IMG/VR virus record: IMGVR_UViG_3300033148_001052
Span: 1-56,684 of that record
DNA from: a virus
DNA: 56,684 nt
Strand: one strand, 5' to 3'
Part shown: positions 1 through 7,714 of the stretch, one piece after another
Position numbering within the stretch: position 1 is the first letter of the stretch
How the letters are laid out: the number at the start of each line of letters is the position of its first letter
The notes under the pieces: generated by a model
What the model was told of the DNA's origin: nothing
What the model saw: the letters and a program-made list of their open reading frames with translations, nothing else
Database searches by the model: none
Position numbers and translations under genes: made by a program

Positions 1-114
1 AGCTGTAATGATTTTAAGATCACCACCAGTACCAATATAGACAGCCCTAGTAGTAAATGTTAGGTCTACATCTGCGGGTGTTACTTCTACACACCATCCA
101 GCAGGAGCAGTGAT
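1..114. repeat. Terminal assembly overlap: 1-114 is identical to 56571-56684 (circular or permuted genome, unit length 56570 bp)
   Basis: Direct comparison of the first and last 114 bases (agctgtaatgattttaagatcacc...gcaggagcagtgat). Confidence 0.95.
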
Positions 115-147
115 GCCATTAGTTGTCTTTTCAAATTTATCAGCCAT
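1..147 (-). CDS. 5' part of an 85-aa hypothetical late protein whose ORF crosses the window junction (rest at 56460-56684)
   Basis: ATG at 147-145 (MADKFEKTTNG...). The frame stays open through the 114-bp overlap and stops at TAA 56462-56460, sharing one base with the next ATG (TAATG). Confidence 0.6.
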   Translation of the reverse strand, partial: MADKFEKTTNGITAPAGWCVEVTPADVDLTFTTRAVYIGTGGDLKIITA

Positions 148-169
148 ACTTATATTCCTGTTTGTTTAA

Positions 170-370
170 TTAAACTGCTCGTGGTGTGCCTGAGAACTCT
201 TCGGTTCCCGGTTGTTCAGGTGGAGGAACTTCTTGTGGTGCAGCTCCGGGTAGTTGTTCTGGTGCATTCCCTTGTTGCATTTGATTCTGCTTACCAATGA
301 TGGCAGCATATATCATAGCCTCTTCTTCTGTAGATACAAACTCCTCAGCAGGCAAGTCCATTGTCTTCAC
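170..370 (-). CDS. Hypothetical small protein (66 aa, Pro/Gln/Glu-rich C-terminus)
   Basis: ORF track. Lies directly after the portal gene in the same operon. GTG start at 370, alternative ATG at 361. Confidence 0.5.
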   Translation of the reverse strand: MKTMDLPAEEFVSTEEEAMIYAAIIGKQNQMQQGNAPEQLPGAAPQEVPPPEQPGTEEFSGTPRAV

Positions 371-386
371 AATCTCTTTAACAATA

Positions 387-2267
387 TTAGGTAGCAGGGT
401 TAGCTGCTGTCTGTAGAAGCTGTGTTAGACGTTGTGCCTTAACTTCCTTCTGCATCAGAGAGGATGTACCCTCAGCCTTAACCTCTAGGTCTCCGTGAAT
501 AGGAAGCTCTCCGTCATAGAACTGGTAGTTCCAATAGAAGTAGTTCTCTCCAAGAGGACGGAATAGCATATCATCCATTCCTCTAATAACAGTTTTAATA
601 TTAAGAGAGGCAGCACCCATGAGCATTGACATACCAGCAGCAGTACGAGTGGTGGATTGAATACCAGTCTGCCCATGAGAATAACTAGGCAAGCCTGTGG
701 TCTCATCAGCAAGCTGTCGGAACTTATCGAACATCTGCATGTTCTCATTAGTTGTATTAGGAAGTTTGATTCCATGTACAGCTTGTCCGGGCATTCCACT
801 CTGGCGTTTGAATATCTTGCCAGCATACATCTCCATGTTCTGTCCTGCTACCAAAGCACTCTCATCAATATCGAAGATTAAACTACCTGATAAAGCTAGG
901 TTATCAATAGCCATTCGAGCATGACCATTCATAATAGATTGACTGTCGCTCATATTCTCTGGGATACCTACACCAAAGATGGAATAAGGATTACGCTCAT
1001 AGTAGAATAGGTTGTATGGAATACGATAGGGCTGGAAGGGATTGAGTACAACCCTTAGCACTTCTCCATTACAAATCCAAGCATTGATTTGAACATCCTT
1101 ACTATCTCCTTCCACTTCTTCCTTGAGTCCTGCTTCAATAGCAAACTCTTTATCCACCACTCCCCAATACTCTAGCACTTGATAGCGATCAGTGGTGGAA
1201 GTTTGGTCTGAGTTCTCTGCTCGGATTTCTAGTTCGTAGTCTTCATCTACATAATTAGTACCAAGTGTTACAGCAGATTCAATAGCATCCTCATTAAAGA
1301 AGGGACGATTCTTTAGGTTACGAAGCTGCATCTTACTTAGCTTATGCTTCTCCACCACCCATGCAGCATCAGACATAACAGAAGCACTTGGGTCTACAAA
1401 CAAATTCCAGATAGAGGTTTGTTCTATTCTAGGTACTGTAGTTGTTTCTGGTTTGTATTCTCTCTTAGTAGCTCCTGATTCATCAGGCTCACCTTCCACC
1501 CAACGGTTCAGTGTCTTGTTATAATTGAATGGGCCTTTGATACAACCACTGCCTAATAGCACAGCTTCAAAGATGGCTTCACGAACATGAACACTACCAT
1601 CACTCTCTTCTAGTTGGTCTAGAATAAGCTTCTGCATCTTCTCCGCAGCTAAGGCTGCTGGCTTAATGGTGGGAGCAGCAGGGTCTTCATACCCCTCAGC
1701 AAATATCATCTCTCCTTGTGGGCCTGAGAGGTCTTCTTCCAAGTCTCCTAGGAAAGAAACCTTCTCTCCTGTAGAACCCGGAGCTAAGGTGCGTCCATCC
1801 CCTGCATATCCAATGTCATTACCATTAATCTCTGGGGCAGCTTCTTGTTCTGCTTCCTGAGGTTTGAGTTGGGCATACTCAGCAATCCCTTCAGGAACTT
1901 CTGTACTGTTTATGGAGATGGGGAACTTACCTGAGCCGAATAGAACATCTACTATCTGCCCATAGGCAGCAGTGACTTTAGCTTTAGTAATCTTTACAAA
2001 GACTTTACTCTTCTCATTATCCCTAAACCTCACTTGCTTCCCATACACACCTCGGAAGTTGTGATAGGCATCAAGCCATCTACGTTCATCCTTGTCTCTA
2101 GCTCTCTTAGCTAGATTGAATTTGTTTTCAATATCTCCCACCAGCTCACTCTTAACCTTCACTGGTACTACTTCTGCTCCCTCTTCCATAAGAGGAGGAG
2201 CAAGCATAGCATCATCTGCATTGAGAGGAGCGTCTGGGGAAATATTAATATCTAGTTCGTTTGCCAT
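387..2267 (-). CDS. Portal protein (putative)
   Basis: 626-aa ORF 8 nt downstream of terL on the same strand. Size and position fit a podovirus portal. No motif-level proof. Confidence 0.75.
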   Translation of the reverse strand: MANELDINISPDAPLNADDAMLAPPLMEEGAEVVPVKVKSELVGDIENKFNLAKRARDKDERRWLDAYHNFRGVYGKQVRFRDNEKSKVFVKITKAKVTAAYGQIVDVLFGSGKFPISINSTEVPEGIAEYAQLKPQEAEQEAAPEINGNDIGYAGDGRTLAPGSTGEKVSFLGDLEEDLSGPQGEMIFAEGYEDPAAPTIKPAALAAEKMQKLILDQLEESDGSVHVREAIFEAVLLGSGCIKGPFNYNKTLNRWVEGEPDESGATKREYKPETTTVPRIEQTSIWNLFVDPSASVMSDAAWVVEKHKLSKMQLRNLKNRPFFNEDAIESAVTLGTNYVDEDYELEIRAENSDQTSTTDRYQVLEYWGVVDKEFAIEAGLKEEVEGDSKDVQINAWICNGEVLRVVLNPFQPYRIPYNLFYYERNPYSIFGVGIPENMSDSQSIMNGHARMAIDNLALSGSLIFDIDESALVAGQNMEMYAGKIFKRQSGMPGQAVHGIKLPNTTNENMQMFDKFRQLADETTGLPSYSHGQTGIQSTTRTAAGMSMLMGAASLNIKTVIRGMDDMLFRPLGENYFYWNYQFYDGELPIHGDLEVKAEGTSSLMQKEVKAQRLTQLLQTAANPAT

Positions 2268-2275
2268 TTATACTC

Positions 2276-3826
2276 TCAATACCCGAAGAAATTATCAAAT
2301 TGTTCTTGGTGTACTTCTTGTTTAATAAAGACACCTCTCTCTGCTGCTGTAGTCATTCGTGGTCTACTCATCAATGCATAACGTAGCGCGTCATACGCAT
2401 GGTCTGAAGCTGTAGTATCTACATCCTCACTGTTAGTAGTAGAGATTGGTAGTGTCTCCAATTCCCTAACTATATTCCTACAGGTTTTAAATATCTGTAG
2501 CTTAGGTCTTCCACTAGCAGCAAGCTTTAGTCTTTCGTGGATTTGTATCTTACCGGCGATTCTATTCTTATCGGACGGTCTGAAGGAACACCCTGCTTGG
2601 TTAAGGGCTTGTCCAATAGTAGGGCCAGTGTATCCTGTTCTGTTCCATGCAGCCGTGTCAAGTACACCTGTGACATTAGACACCTCTCCAAGTTCCAGTT
2701 CCATAATAGCATCACCTAATGCTTCTCCTGTCAGCCCTTTAGAATATAGTTCACGATATACAACAATCGTGTTGTCATCAGGATCTACTGCCATCCATAG
2801 CACAGCAGAAGGAGATGTATATCCATAGTCAGCTCCCTTAAACCTAAACCAAGAGTTAGGGATTTCAAAAGGATCTACTGTATGCATCTCCCTAATAAAC
2901 TCAGGGAATGCAACACCCTCATTAATATTCCAATCACCATTCAGAAGTCTTCTCTTACTCACTTCATCTAGCGAGTTAAGCATCTGCTCATATCTACCAT
3001 CAGCATGTAGATGGGGATTGTCTTTAAGGAGAGCAGGAATAAACCTTCTAGTTAGTCCATCCTTTCCTACGAAAGATGTGTTAGGCTTGGCAGGGTCTAT
3101 ATATCTCTTCTTTACCCAAGCATGTCCAGCACCACCGGGGTTAGCTGTACAACGTAAATAAACTTCTATGTCTGGGTCTGTTGTTCTAAGTCGAGAGCCT
3201 AGGTATTGCCAAGGAAACTCTGTAGCCATGTGGGTGATTTCATCAAAGCCTATAAAGCTATATGCTTGTCCCTGATAGCGATATACATCAGCATCTCTAT
3301 CCAGATAGCCAAACTCCATCTTGGCTCCACTAGGGAAATGCCATGTCTTCTCTTGTTCTTTAAACTTAGCTCCGGGGAAAGCCTTTGGATATAGCTCCCG
3401 GCTCTTATCAATAAGTTCTCTCAGCTCCGGCATTGTCTTCCTGAGTATCAGGGCTCGGTGTGCTGCCTTGTGTGCATATCGAAGAGGCTCTACTATGAGA
3501 GCATAACTCTTACCGCCACCAGCAGCACCACCATACAATACATCGTTTTCTGGAGCTGAGAGGAAATCTGTTTGTGGGCCTTCGTTAGGTTGGAACACTA
3601 TGTTCTCGTCCACTATTCTCTTACTAGCAGCAGGAAGCTCTTCCCTTTCTGCGTCTGTCATAACAGTGCTCACAATACTGTCAGACTTTCTAACTGTTTC
3701 TATCTTTCTCTTTAGAGCAGCCTTCTCTACAAGCTTCTTTCTACGTCTTTCCTTAGATGCCTTAGCTCTAATAGCGTCCCTAGCTTGCTTTACTTTAGGG
3801 GATTCTGTTCTGTTATCCCTGCTCAT
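2276..3826 (-). CDS. terL: Terminase large subunit
   Basis: Walker A LYGGAAGGGKS, Walker B-like SFIGFDEITH, 516 aa, upstream of the portal gene. Confidence 0.9.
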   Translation of the reverse strand: MSRDNRTESPKVKQARDAIRAKASKERRRKKLVEKAALKRKIETVRKSDSIVSTVMTDAEREELPAASKRIVDENIVFQPNEGPQTDFLSAPENDVLYGGAAGGGKSYALIVEPLRYAHKAAHRALILRKTMPELRELIDKSRELYPKAFPGAKFKEQEKTWHFPSGAKMEFGYLDRDADVYRYQGQAYSFIGFDEITHMATEFPWQYLGSRLRTTDPDIEVYLRCTANPGGAGHAWVKKRYIDPAKPNTSFVGKDGLTRRFIPALLKDNPHLHADGRYEQMLNSLDEVSKRRLLNGDWNINEGVAFPEFIREMHTVDPFEIPNSWFRFKGADYGYTSPSAVLWMAVDPDDNTIVVYRELYSKGLTGEALGDAIMELELGEVSNVTGVLDTAAWNRTGYTGPTIGQALNQAGCSFRPSDKNRIAGKIQIHERLKLAASGRPKLQIFKTCRNIVRELETLPISTTNSEDVDTTASDHAYDALRYALMSRPRMTTAAERGVFIKQEVHQEQFDNFFGY

Positions 3827-4010
3827 ATTCGTTCTTATATTTCTTTCCTAGCCCAACATGACTAATATATCGCCCTGTTAGGGTGGACAAGTATTCACTG
3901 GCTTGTCTTACAGGCATACCCTGAGAGATGTATTCATACACTTCCTTCAGGCCATCTAGTTGTTCTTGTACTGGAGAGCCATCTGCTTCATATCCATAAG
4001 CTACATGCAT
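3813..4010 (-). CDS. Small HTH-like protein (65 aa)
   Basis: ORF between the terS candidate and terL. Segment MPVRQASEYLSTLTGRYISHVG looks like a helix-turn-helix. Confidence 0.5.
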   Translation of the reverse strand: MHVAYGYEADGSPVQEQLDGLKEVYEYISQGMPVRQASEYLSTLTGRYISHVGLGKKYKNEYEQG

Positions 4011-4444
4011 TAGTCTTCTTCCTCTGTGTAGTCCCCTTCAATAGGTTCCAATACTTTCTTAGTTGGTATAAGAAATACCCCGCCACCACCTTTACTCTCC
4101 ACCTGTAGGGTTTCCTTCTTACCTAAGCCAACCCTGTCTAGCAATGTTGTAGAAGCCATTAGCCTGTCCTTAATTCCCGGCAGAGGCTTAGTAGCTGTGA
4201 TAGCATCTGTTATAACACTGGCAGCAGCAGGAGCATGTGCAATAAGCTTAGCTTCTGTGAGCTTAAGAATTTCTTTACTTAGAGACCTAACAGCACCATA
4301 GATGGATGTATCTGTATACCCAGCTTCCTTAGCTAACTGTAAAGGGGAAGCTGTGCAACCTGAGTTCCAATATAGCTGTAATAGCTTCTCTTGTTTCTCT
4401 GAGAGATTTCTATCACTACTCTGAGCTACTACACTCTTAGGCAT
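4010..4444 (-). CDS. Terminase small subunit (putative)
   Basis: 144 aa, first gene of the terminase operon. HTH-like LQLAKEAGYTDTSIYGAVRSL and an acidic C-terminus. Confidence 0.55.
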   Translation of the reverse strand: MPKSVVAQSSDRNLSEKQEKLLQLYWNSGCTASPLQLAKEAGYTDTSIYGAVRSLSKEILKLTEAKLIAHAPAAASVITDAITATKPLPGIKDRLMASTTLLDRVGLGKKETLQVESKGGGGVFLIPTKKVLEPIEGDYTEEED

Positions 4445-4793
4445 ACTTAGATATCCTTAAATAATTTATTAATATTACTTAGTTTCCTTTAGACAAACTT
4501 AAGCCCACTCTTAGTGATATATAGTTATTAACTAAGTATACTAAGTAGTGGTTATTAACCTAGTAGGACTGTTGTAGCTCCTGTTCTAGGTGACATATAG
4601 CTTTATCAGGTATCAATGTCTAGAGCTTCTGCTCTATATCACTTTAGGAGAACCTGTTTATCTCTGCTTCCTTGCGAGAGTCCGGGCTTTTATGAGAATG
4701 CCTATTAGACTATTCTCTCAGACCACTATATATGCTTATCCTTGGGTATTTGAATTGTGTGTTGCCTTAGAATTCTCCTAAAGCAGTAGAGAC

Positions 4794-4837
4794 TTTTTAC
4801 AATCTCTACTTATAACGTGTAACTAGTTGGACAAAAT
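4794..4837 (-). promoter_or_regulatory. Conserved 44-bp element, copy A, about 350 nt upstream of the terS-terL-portal operon
   Basis: tttttacaatctctacttataacgtgtaactagttggacaaaat matches 51446-51489 at 41/44 positions. The minus-strand reading contains TTATAAGTAG followed by the stem GTAGAGA..TCTCTAC. Confidence 0.5.
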
Positions 4838-5097
4838 AGGATAATAAAGGAAATTAATTGTAATTAATATACTAATTAGCATTTATGTTAAGAATACAAG
4901 GTTAACAAAGGTGATTCTCTGTATTTTATATACGGTATGGTTAACATTGGTAATTAGGGATTCCATTGCGTGTCTGCATATACATATACAGGGGAGGGGG
5001 GTGGCACCTATGCCCCCCACGTTCACCTCGCCACCATAGCCACACTGAATACGGGGAGATTCTAAGGTATCCTTATGATATATGGGGAATATATGGC

Positions 5098-5113
5098 TAT
5101 AACATTGTTATAA
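5098..5113. promoter_or_regulatory. Degenerate copy of the recurrent palindrome (TATAACATTGTTATAA)
   Basis: Perfect 16-bp palindrome with the same AACATTGTT core, 5 bp from the parS match. Confidence 0.4.
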
Positions 5114-5118
5114 CTAGG

Positions 5119-5134
5119 TGTTCCACGTGAAACA
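5119..5134. promoter_or_regulatory. parS: parS-type centromere site, exact match to the consensus TGTTNCACGTGAAACA
   Basis: Sequence reads tgttccacgtgaaaca, in the large non-coding region. Confidence 0.7.
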
Positions 5135-5257
5135 TTGAATACGTGGTTAACACTTGTGAGAGTTAAAGTGATGTCTTAAGTTACAGCTCTAAGCTATTGA
5201 AAGTGCCCTTAAATGAGAATGATTATCGTTACACTATTCAAGACATCCCTTGATTAC

Positions 5258-5275
5258 ATTGACAATATATTGACA
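5258..5275 (+). repeat. Direct repeat ATTGACA x2 with 11-bp period
   Basis: attgacaatatattgaca, about 125 bp upstream of the sigma54-like element. Confidence 0.5.
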
Positions 5276-5385
5276 CTCACTAGGTTAGCATCCACTAACT
5301 AAAAGCGTCAACTATTTGACGGGTTGTGTTAGTATATTAGGACATTCTAATGCGTTATTGGGCTATTCTCTGCATCCTGAAACCT

Positions 5386-5401
5386 TGGCACGATAGTTGC
5401 A
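5386..5401 (+). promoter_or_regulatory. Sigma54 (RpoN)-type promoter match, TGGCACG-N4-TTGCA
   Basis: ttggcacgatagttgcat: GG and GC dinucleotides at the canonical -24/-12 spacing, with full flanking consensus. Confidence 0.45.
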
Positions 5402-5522
5402 TTTAGCAATCCTTATGCCAGCTTTTACCCCCTCGCTACACGAAGCTATATATAAGGAGTAGAATCACCCAAACGAATAGCCCTCACAGCTCCTCAATTG
5501 CTCTGTACGCCCCTCAAATATT

Positions 5523-5542
5523 TTATAAGGGGGTAGCCTAGG
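5523..5542. repeat. 20-bp exact inverted-repeat partner of 12956-12975 (TTATAAGGGGGTAGCCTAGG)
   Basis: The reverse complement of 12956-12975 is identical. Confidence 0.85.
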
Positions 5543-5670
5543 GGGTAGTGACATCGTGGATTCTACGGGCAGCCAGGGGGCAATTCAGGGTTTGCTAATA
5601 TACCCAAGGTTTTAGCTGTTTTGTGGAGTTGGCATGGAATGTGCTATTCCTTAATATAAGGGAAACAATA

Positions 5671-5694
5671 TCCTGTGAAACATCCTGTGAAACA
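5671..5694 (+). repeat. Tandem 12-bp repeat TCCTGTGAAACA x2 (iteron-like; contains the parS right half GTGAAACA)
   Basis: tcctgtgaaacatcctgtgaaaca, flanked by gaaacaatat on both sides. Confidence 0.8.
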
Positions 5695-5826
5695 ATATGG
5701 GTCATAAGCTCAGTTAATGGGGGTATAGAAAGAAACGTGTATACTTGGGGTGGAATTCCTGTATAGTTCGCTCTCCTGATATAATTCAGGACGGGCGGAA
5801 AGCCTGACACTTTCCAAGGTTTTAAG

Positions 5827-5841
5827 GTAACATTGTTACAA
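5827..5841 (+). promoter_or_regulatory. Recurrent near-palindrome GTAACATTGTTACAA (copy 1)
   Basis: Intergenic, 91 nt upstream of ATG 5933. Confidence 0.6.
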
Positions 5842-5854
5842 GGGTAAAAATAAA

Positions 5855-5891
5855 GGTTGCATTGGGAAATTGATTCCTGTAGGATGCAACC
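5855..5891 (+). other. Stem-loop in the leader of the first + strand gene (8-bp stem GGTTGCAT/ATGCAACC, 21-nt loop)
   Basis: Perfect inverted repeat read from the sequence. Confidence 0.4.
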
Positions 5892-5932
5892 TCAATACCA
5901 CTAACGGCCAATAGGCCACTGGAGAATACAAC

Positions 5933-6424
5933 ATGAACTATTTAGAAAACATCGCAGCATGGAAAATCGGTAACGCATCTAAGATTGACGCTGTTAGGGA
6001 TGCACTGTTAAACGGTGACGATGGGGGCGAGGCATTGGCAGAGGCATTAACAGAGGCGGTATCAGAATTTGTTATAAGCGAGGCGGACGTTAAGAGCTGG
6101 AATGCTACGCTCAACAGAGAGATCCACAAGGCGGCTCAATACGCTTGGGAGCAATCCACTGACAAGAAATTTGTTAAGGGCGCAGGGTATCAGGTGTTCG
6201 GATTCAAATGGCATAAGGCCGAAAGCGAGGTTGTATATGGTCTGGTCAATACCCGCAGCCATGCTCCCAAGGTGGACGCTGTTGAGAGTGAGGCCGATGC
6301 TACACCTGAACAGGCTCCCAAGGATAAGTTTCTCACCACTGTTGCCAAGTTTGCCGCAACTGCCAGCGACCAAGAAAAAGCGATGGTGGCGCGACTGATT
6401 GATACCATCATATCTAACCGCTAG
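5933..6424 (+). CDS. Hypothetical early protein (163 aa)
   Basis: ORF track. GGAGA 7 nt upstream of the ATG. Appears GC-richer than its flanks and sits between two non-coding regions. Confidence 0.7.
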   Translation: MNYLENIAAWKIGNASKIDAVRDALLNGDDGGEALAEALTEAVSEFVISEADVKSWNATLNREIHKAAQYAWEQSTDKKFVKGAGYQVFGFKWHKAESEVVYGLVNTRSHAPKVDAVESEADATPEQAPKDKFLTTVAKFAATASDQEKAMVARLIDTIISNR

Positions 6425-6583
6425 CCGCTAGCTAGTTGCTTTATGGTTGCCCTCGCCTTGAGGGTTCCCATAAGACAATTGTCTTAATGCTCTTTAACAG
6501 ATTAAGAACCACTGACATAGTGTAGGCTTTACAGGCCAAGCTATGCCTAGTGAGAAGTGCGACACCACCAAGTAAGCGTGGAT

Positions 6584-6598
6584 GTAACATTGTTACAA
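6584..6598 (+). promoter_or_regulatory. Recurrent near-palindrome GTAACATTGTTACAA (copy 2)
   Basis: In the non-coding region 6425-7028. Confidence 0.6.
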
Positions 6599-6736
6599 CA
6601 GATTCGAGAATTGATAGCCGGAAAAACTATGCTCTGAATGGGACAGGACTATACCCATCAACATAGATTAATAATGCCCTCAAATGGAGATTGGAGAGGG
6701 ACAGAGGACGGCCATATTGGTTCCTAAGAATTAAAT

Positions 6737-6750
6737 GTAACATGTTACAA
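6737..6750 (+). promoter_or_regulatory. Recurrent palindrome GTAACATGTTACAA (copy 3)
   Basis: In the non-coding region 6425-7028. Confidence 0.6.
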
Positions 6751-6986
6751 CATGACGAGATGGGTGGCATACAGCATATGCAAAGTATGAAGGCACTATA
6801 AAAGTATTATGAGATTGTGATTCTCTATGCACCACTGCTATTGTTTGCGGACAATAGAGCTTGGCAGTATAGGGGAGAGTGATGAATTAATACACTTATG
6901 AAAACGTAGTGGGACAGATGCGAGAGTAGGGATTCAATTGAAATACAATTGAGCGAGACTACACTGTCCCTATAGACAAGGGCTTT

Positions 6987-7001
6987 ACAACATTGTTACA
7001 A
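6987..7001 (+). promoter_or_regulatory. Recurrent near-palindrome ACAACATTGTTACAA (copy 4)
   Basis: 27 nt upstream of ATG 7029. Confidence 0.55.
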
Positions 7002-7028
7002 GAGTCTTTGATTATATAGGAGAATAAT

Positions 7029-7214
7029 ATGACTAGAAAAGATTACATTATATTAGCTAAGGCATTGAATAAAACTCTACCTGTAGACCACGACAACGCA
7101 GGTGGGGCAGTATGGCAGTATACAGTGGTGCCAATAGCTGAGGCATTGAAAGCTGACAATTCTAACATGGATTATGACAAGTTCATTGAAGCTTGCGTAG
7201 GAGAAATAGCATGA
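7029..7214 (+). CDS. Hypothetical protein (61 aa)
   Basis: ORF track. AGGAGA Shine-Dalgarno site. Confidence 0.65.
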   Translation: MTRKDYIILAKALNKTLPVDHDNAGGAVWQYTVVPIAEALKADNSNMDYDKFIEACVGEIA

Positions 7215-7483
7215 AACTTAAATGGAAACAGATGAACCGTAACGTGGTGCTGGATGGTGATGGATTCTTCATCTCCTACATACCACCTAATACAGCCCTA
7301 GCCTTAGAAGAATGGGAAGCTGATAATGGAGGTGATGAGACTGCCTTGATTATTGATGGGAAGTATTACATTCTCAATGGTGATGCTAGGGAGGCATATG
7401 AAGAACGTATCCATTCTATCAAGGAATGTATGGAGTTCTTTGAAGCAAATAGAGAGGGGAACATTTCCTCTTGGTCTAACTAG
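7211..7483 (+). CDS. Hypothetical protein (90 aa)
   Basis: ATG 7211 overlaps the previous stop (ATGA). The track ORF starts 18 nt earlier. Confidence 0.65.
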   Translation: MKLKWKQMNRNVVLDGDGFFISYIPPNTALALEEWEADNGGDETALIIDGKYYILNGDAREAYEERIHSIKECMEFFEANREGNISSWSN

Positions 7484-7496
7484 TAACATGTTACAA
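7483..7496 (+). promoter_or_regulatory. Recurrent palindrome GTAACATGTTACAA (copy 5)
   Basis: 16 nt upstream of ATG 7513; overlaps the preceding stop codon. Confidence 0.6.
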
Positions 7497-7512
7497 CAGA
7501 GAGGAGAATGAT

Positions 7513-7713
7513 ATGAAACAATTATTGTTTAGTGTTACTAGGGGGTATAAGCTGGATTTAGATGGGCGTGATACCGATGAGATGATAGCTAAGATGATTG
7601 AGGCTGTTGAAAATAATGATACGCTGATAGATTACTTCGGTGATATGCTAGACCTAGAGGAAATCTCTGAAGTGGTACACTTTGAAGGTAATGCTTGGGT
7701 TGAAGGAGAATGA
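7513..7713 (+). CDS. Hypothetical acidic protein (66 aa)
   Basis: ORF track. GAGGAGA Shine-Dalgarno site. Confidence 0.65.
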   Translation: MKQLLFSVTRGYKLDLDGRDTDEMIAKMIEAVENNDTLIDYFGDMLDLEEISEVVHFEGNAWVEGE

Positions 7714-7714
7714 T

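Noticed and set aside
4996-5018. G6-n11-C6 hairpin as an intrinsic terminator
   Set aside because: No U-tract follows it on either strand. It is recorded only as a structural oddity of the non-coding region.
5259-5300. The TTGACA hexamers at 5259 and 5270 as sigma70 -35 boxes of an early promoter
   Set aside because: No acceptable -10 hexamer lies 16-18 nt downstream of either one (AGGTTA and CACTAA).
6420-6432. GCTAGCCGCTAGC palindrome sharing the 9-bp core TAGCCGCTA with the KorB operator (TTTAGCSGCTAAA)
   Set aside because: A 9-bp core match is expected about 0.4 times by chance in this genome. The flanks differ, and it overlaps the stop codon of gene 5933-6424.
6471-6486. Perfect 16-bp palindrome TAAGACAATTGTCTTA
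   Set aside because: Roughly one perfect 16-bp palindrome is expected by chance in 56 kb. It is a single copy with no related sites.
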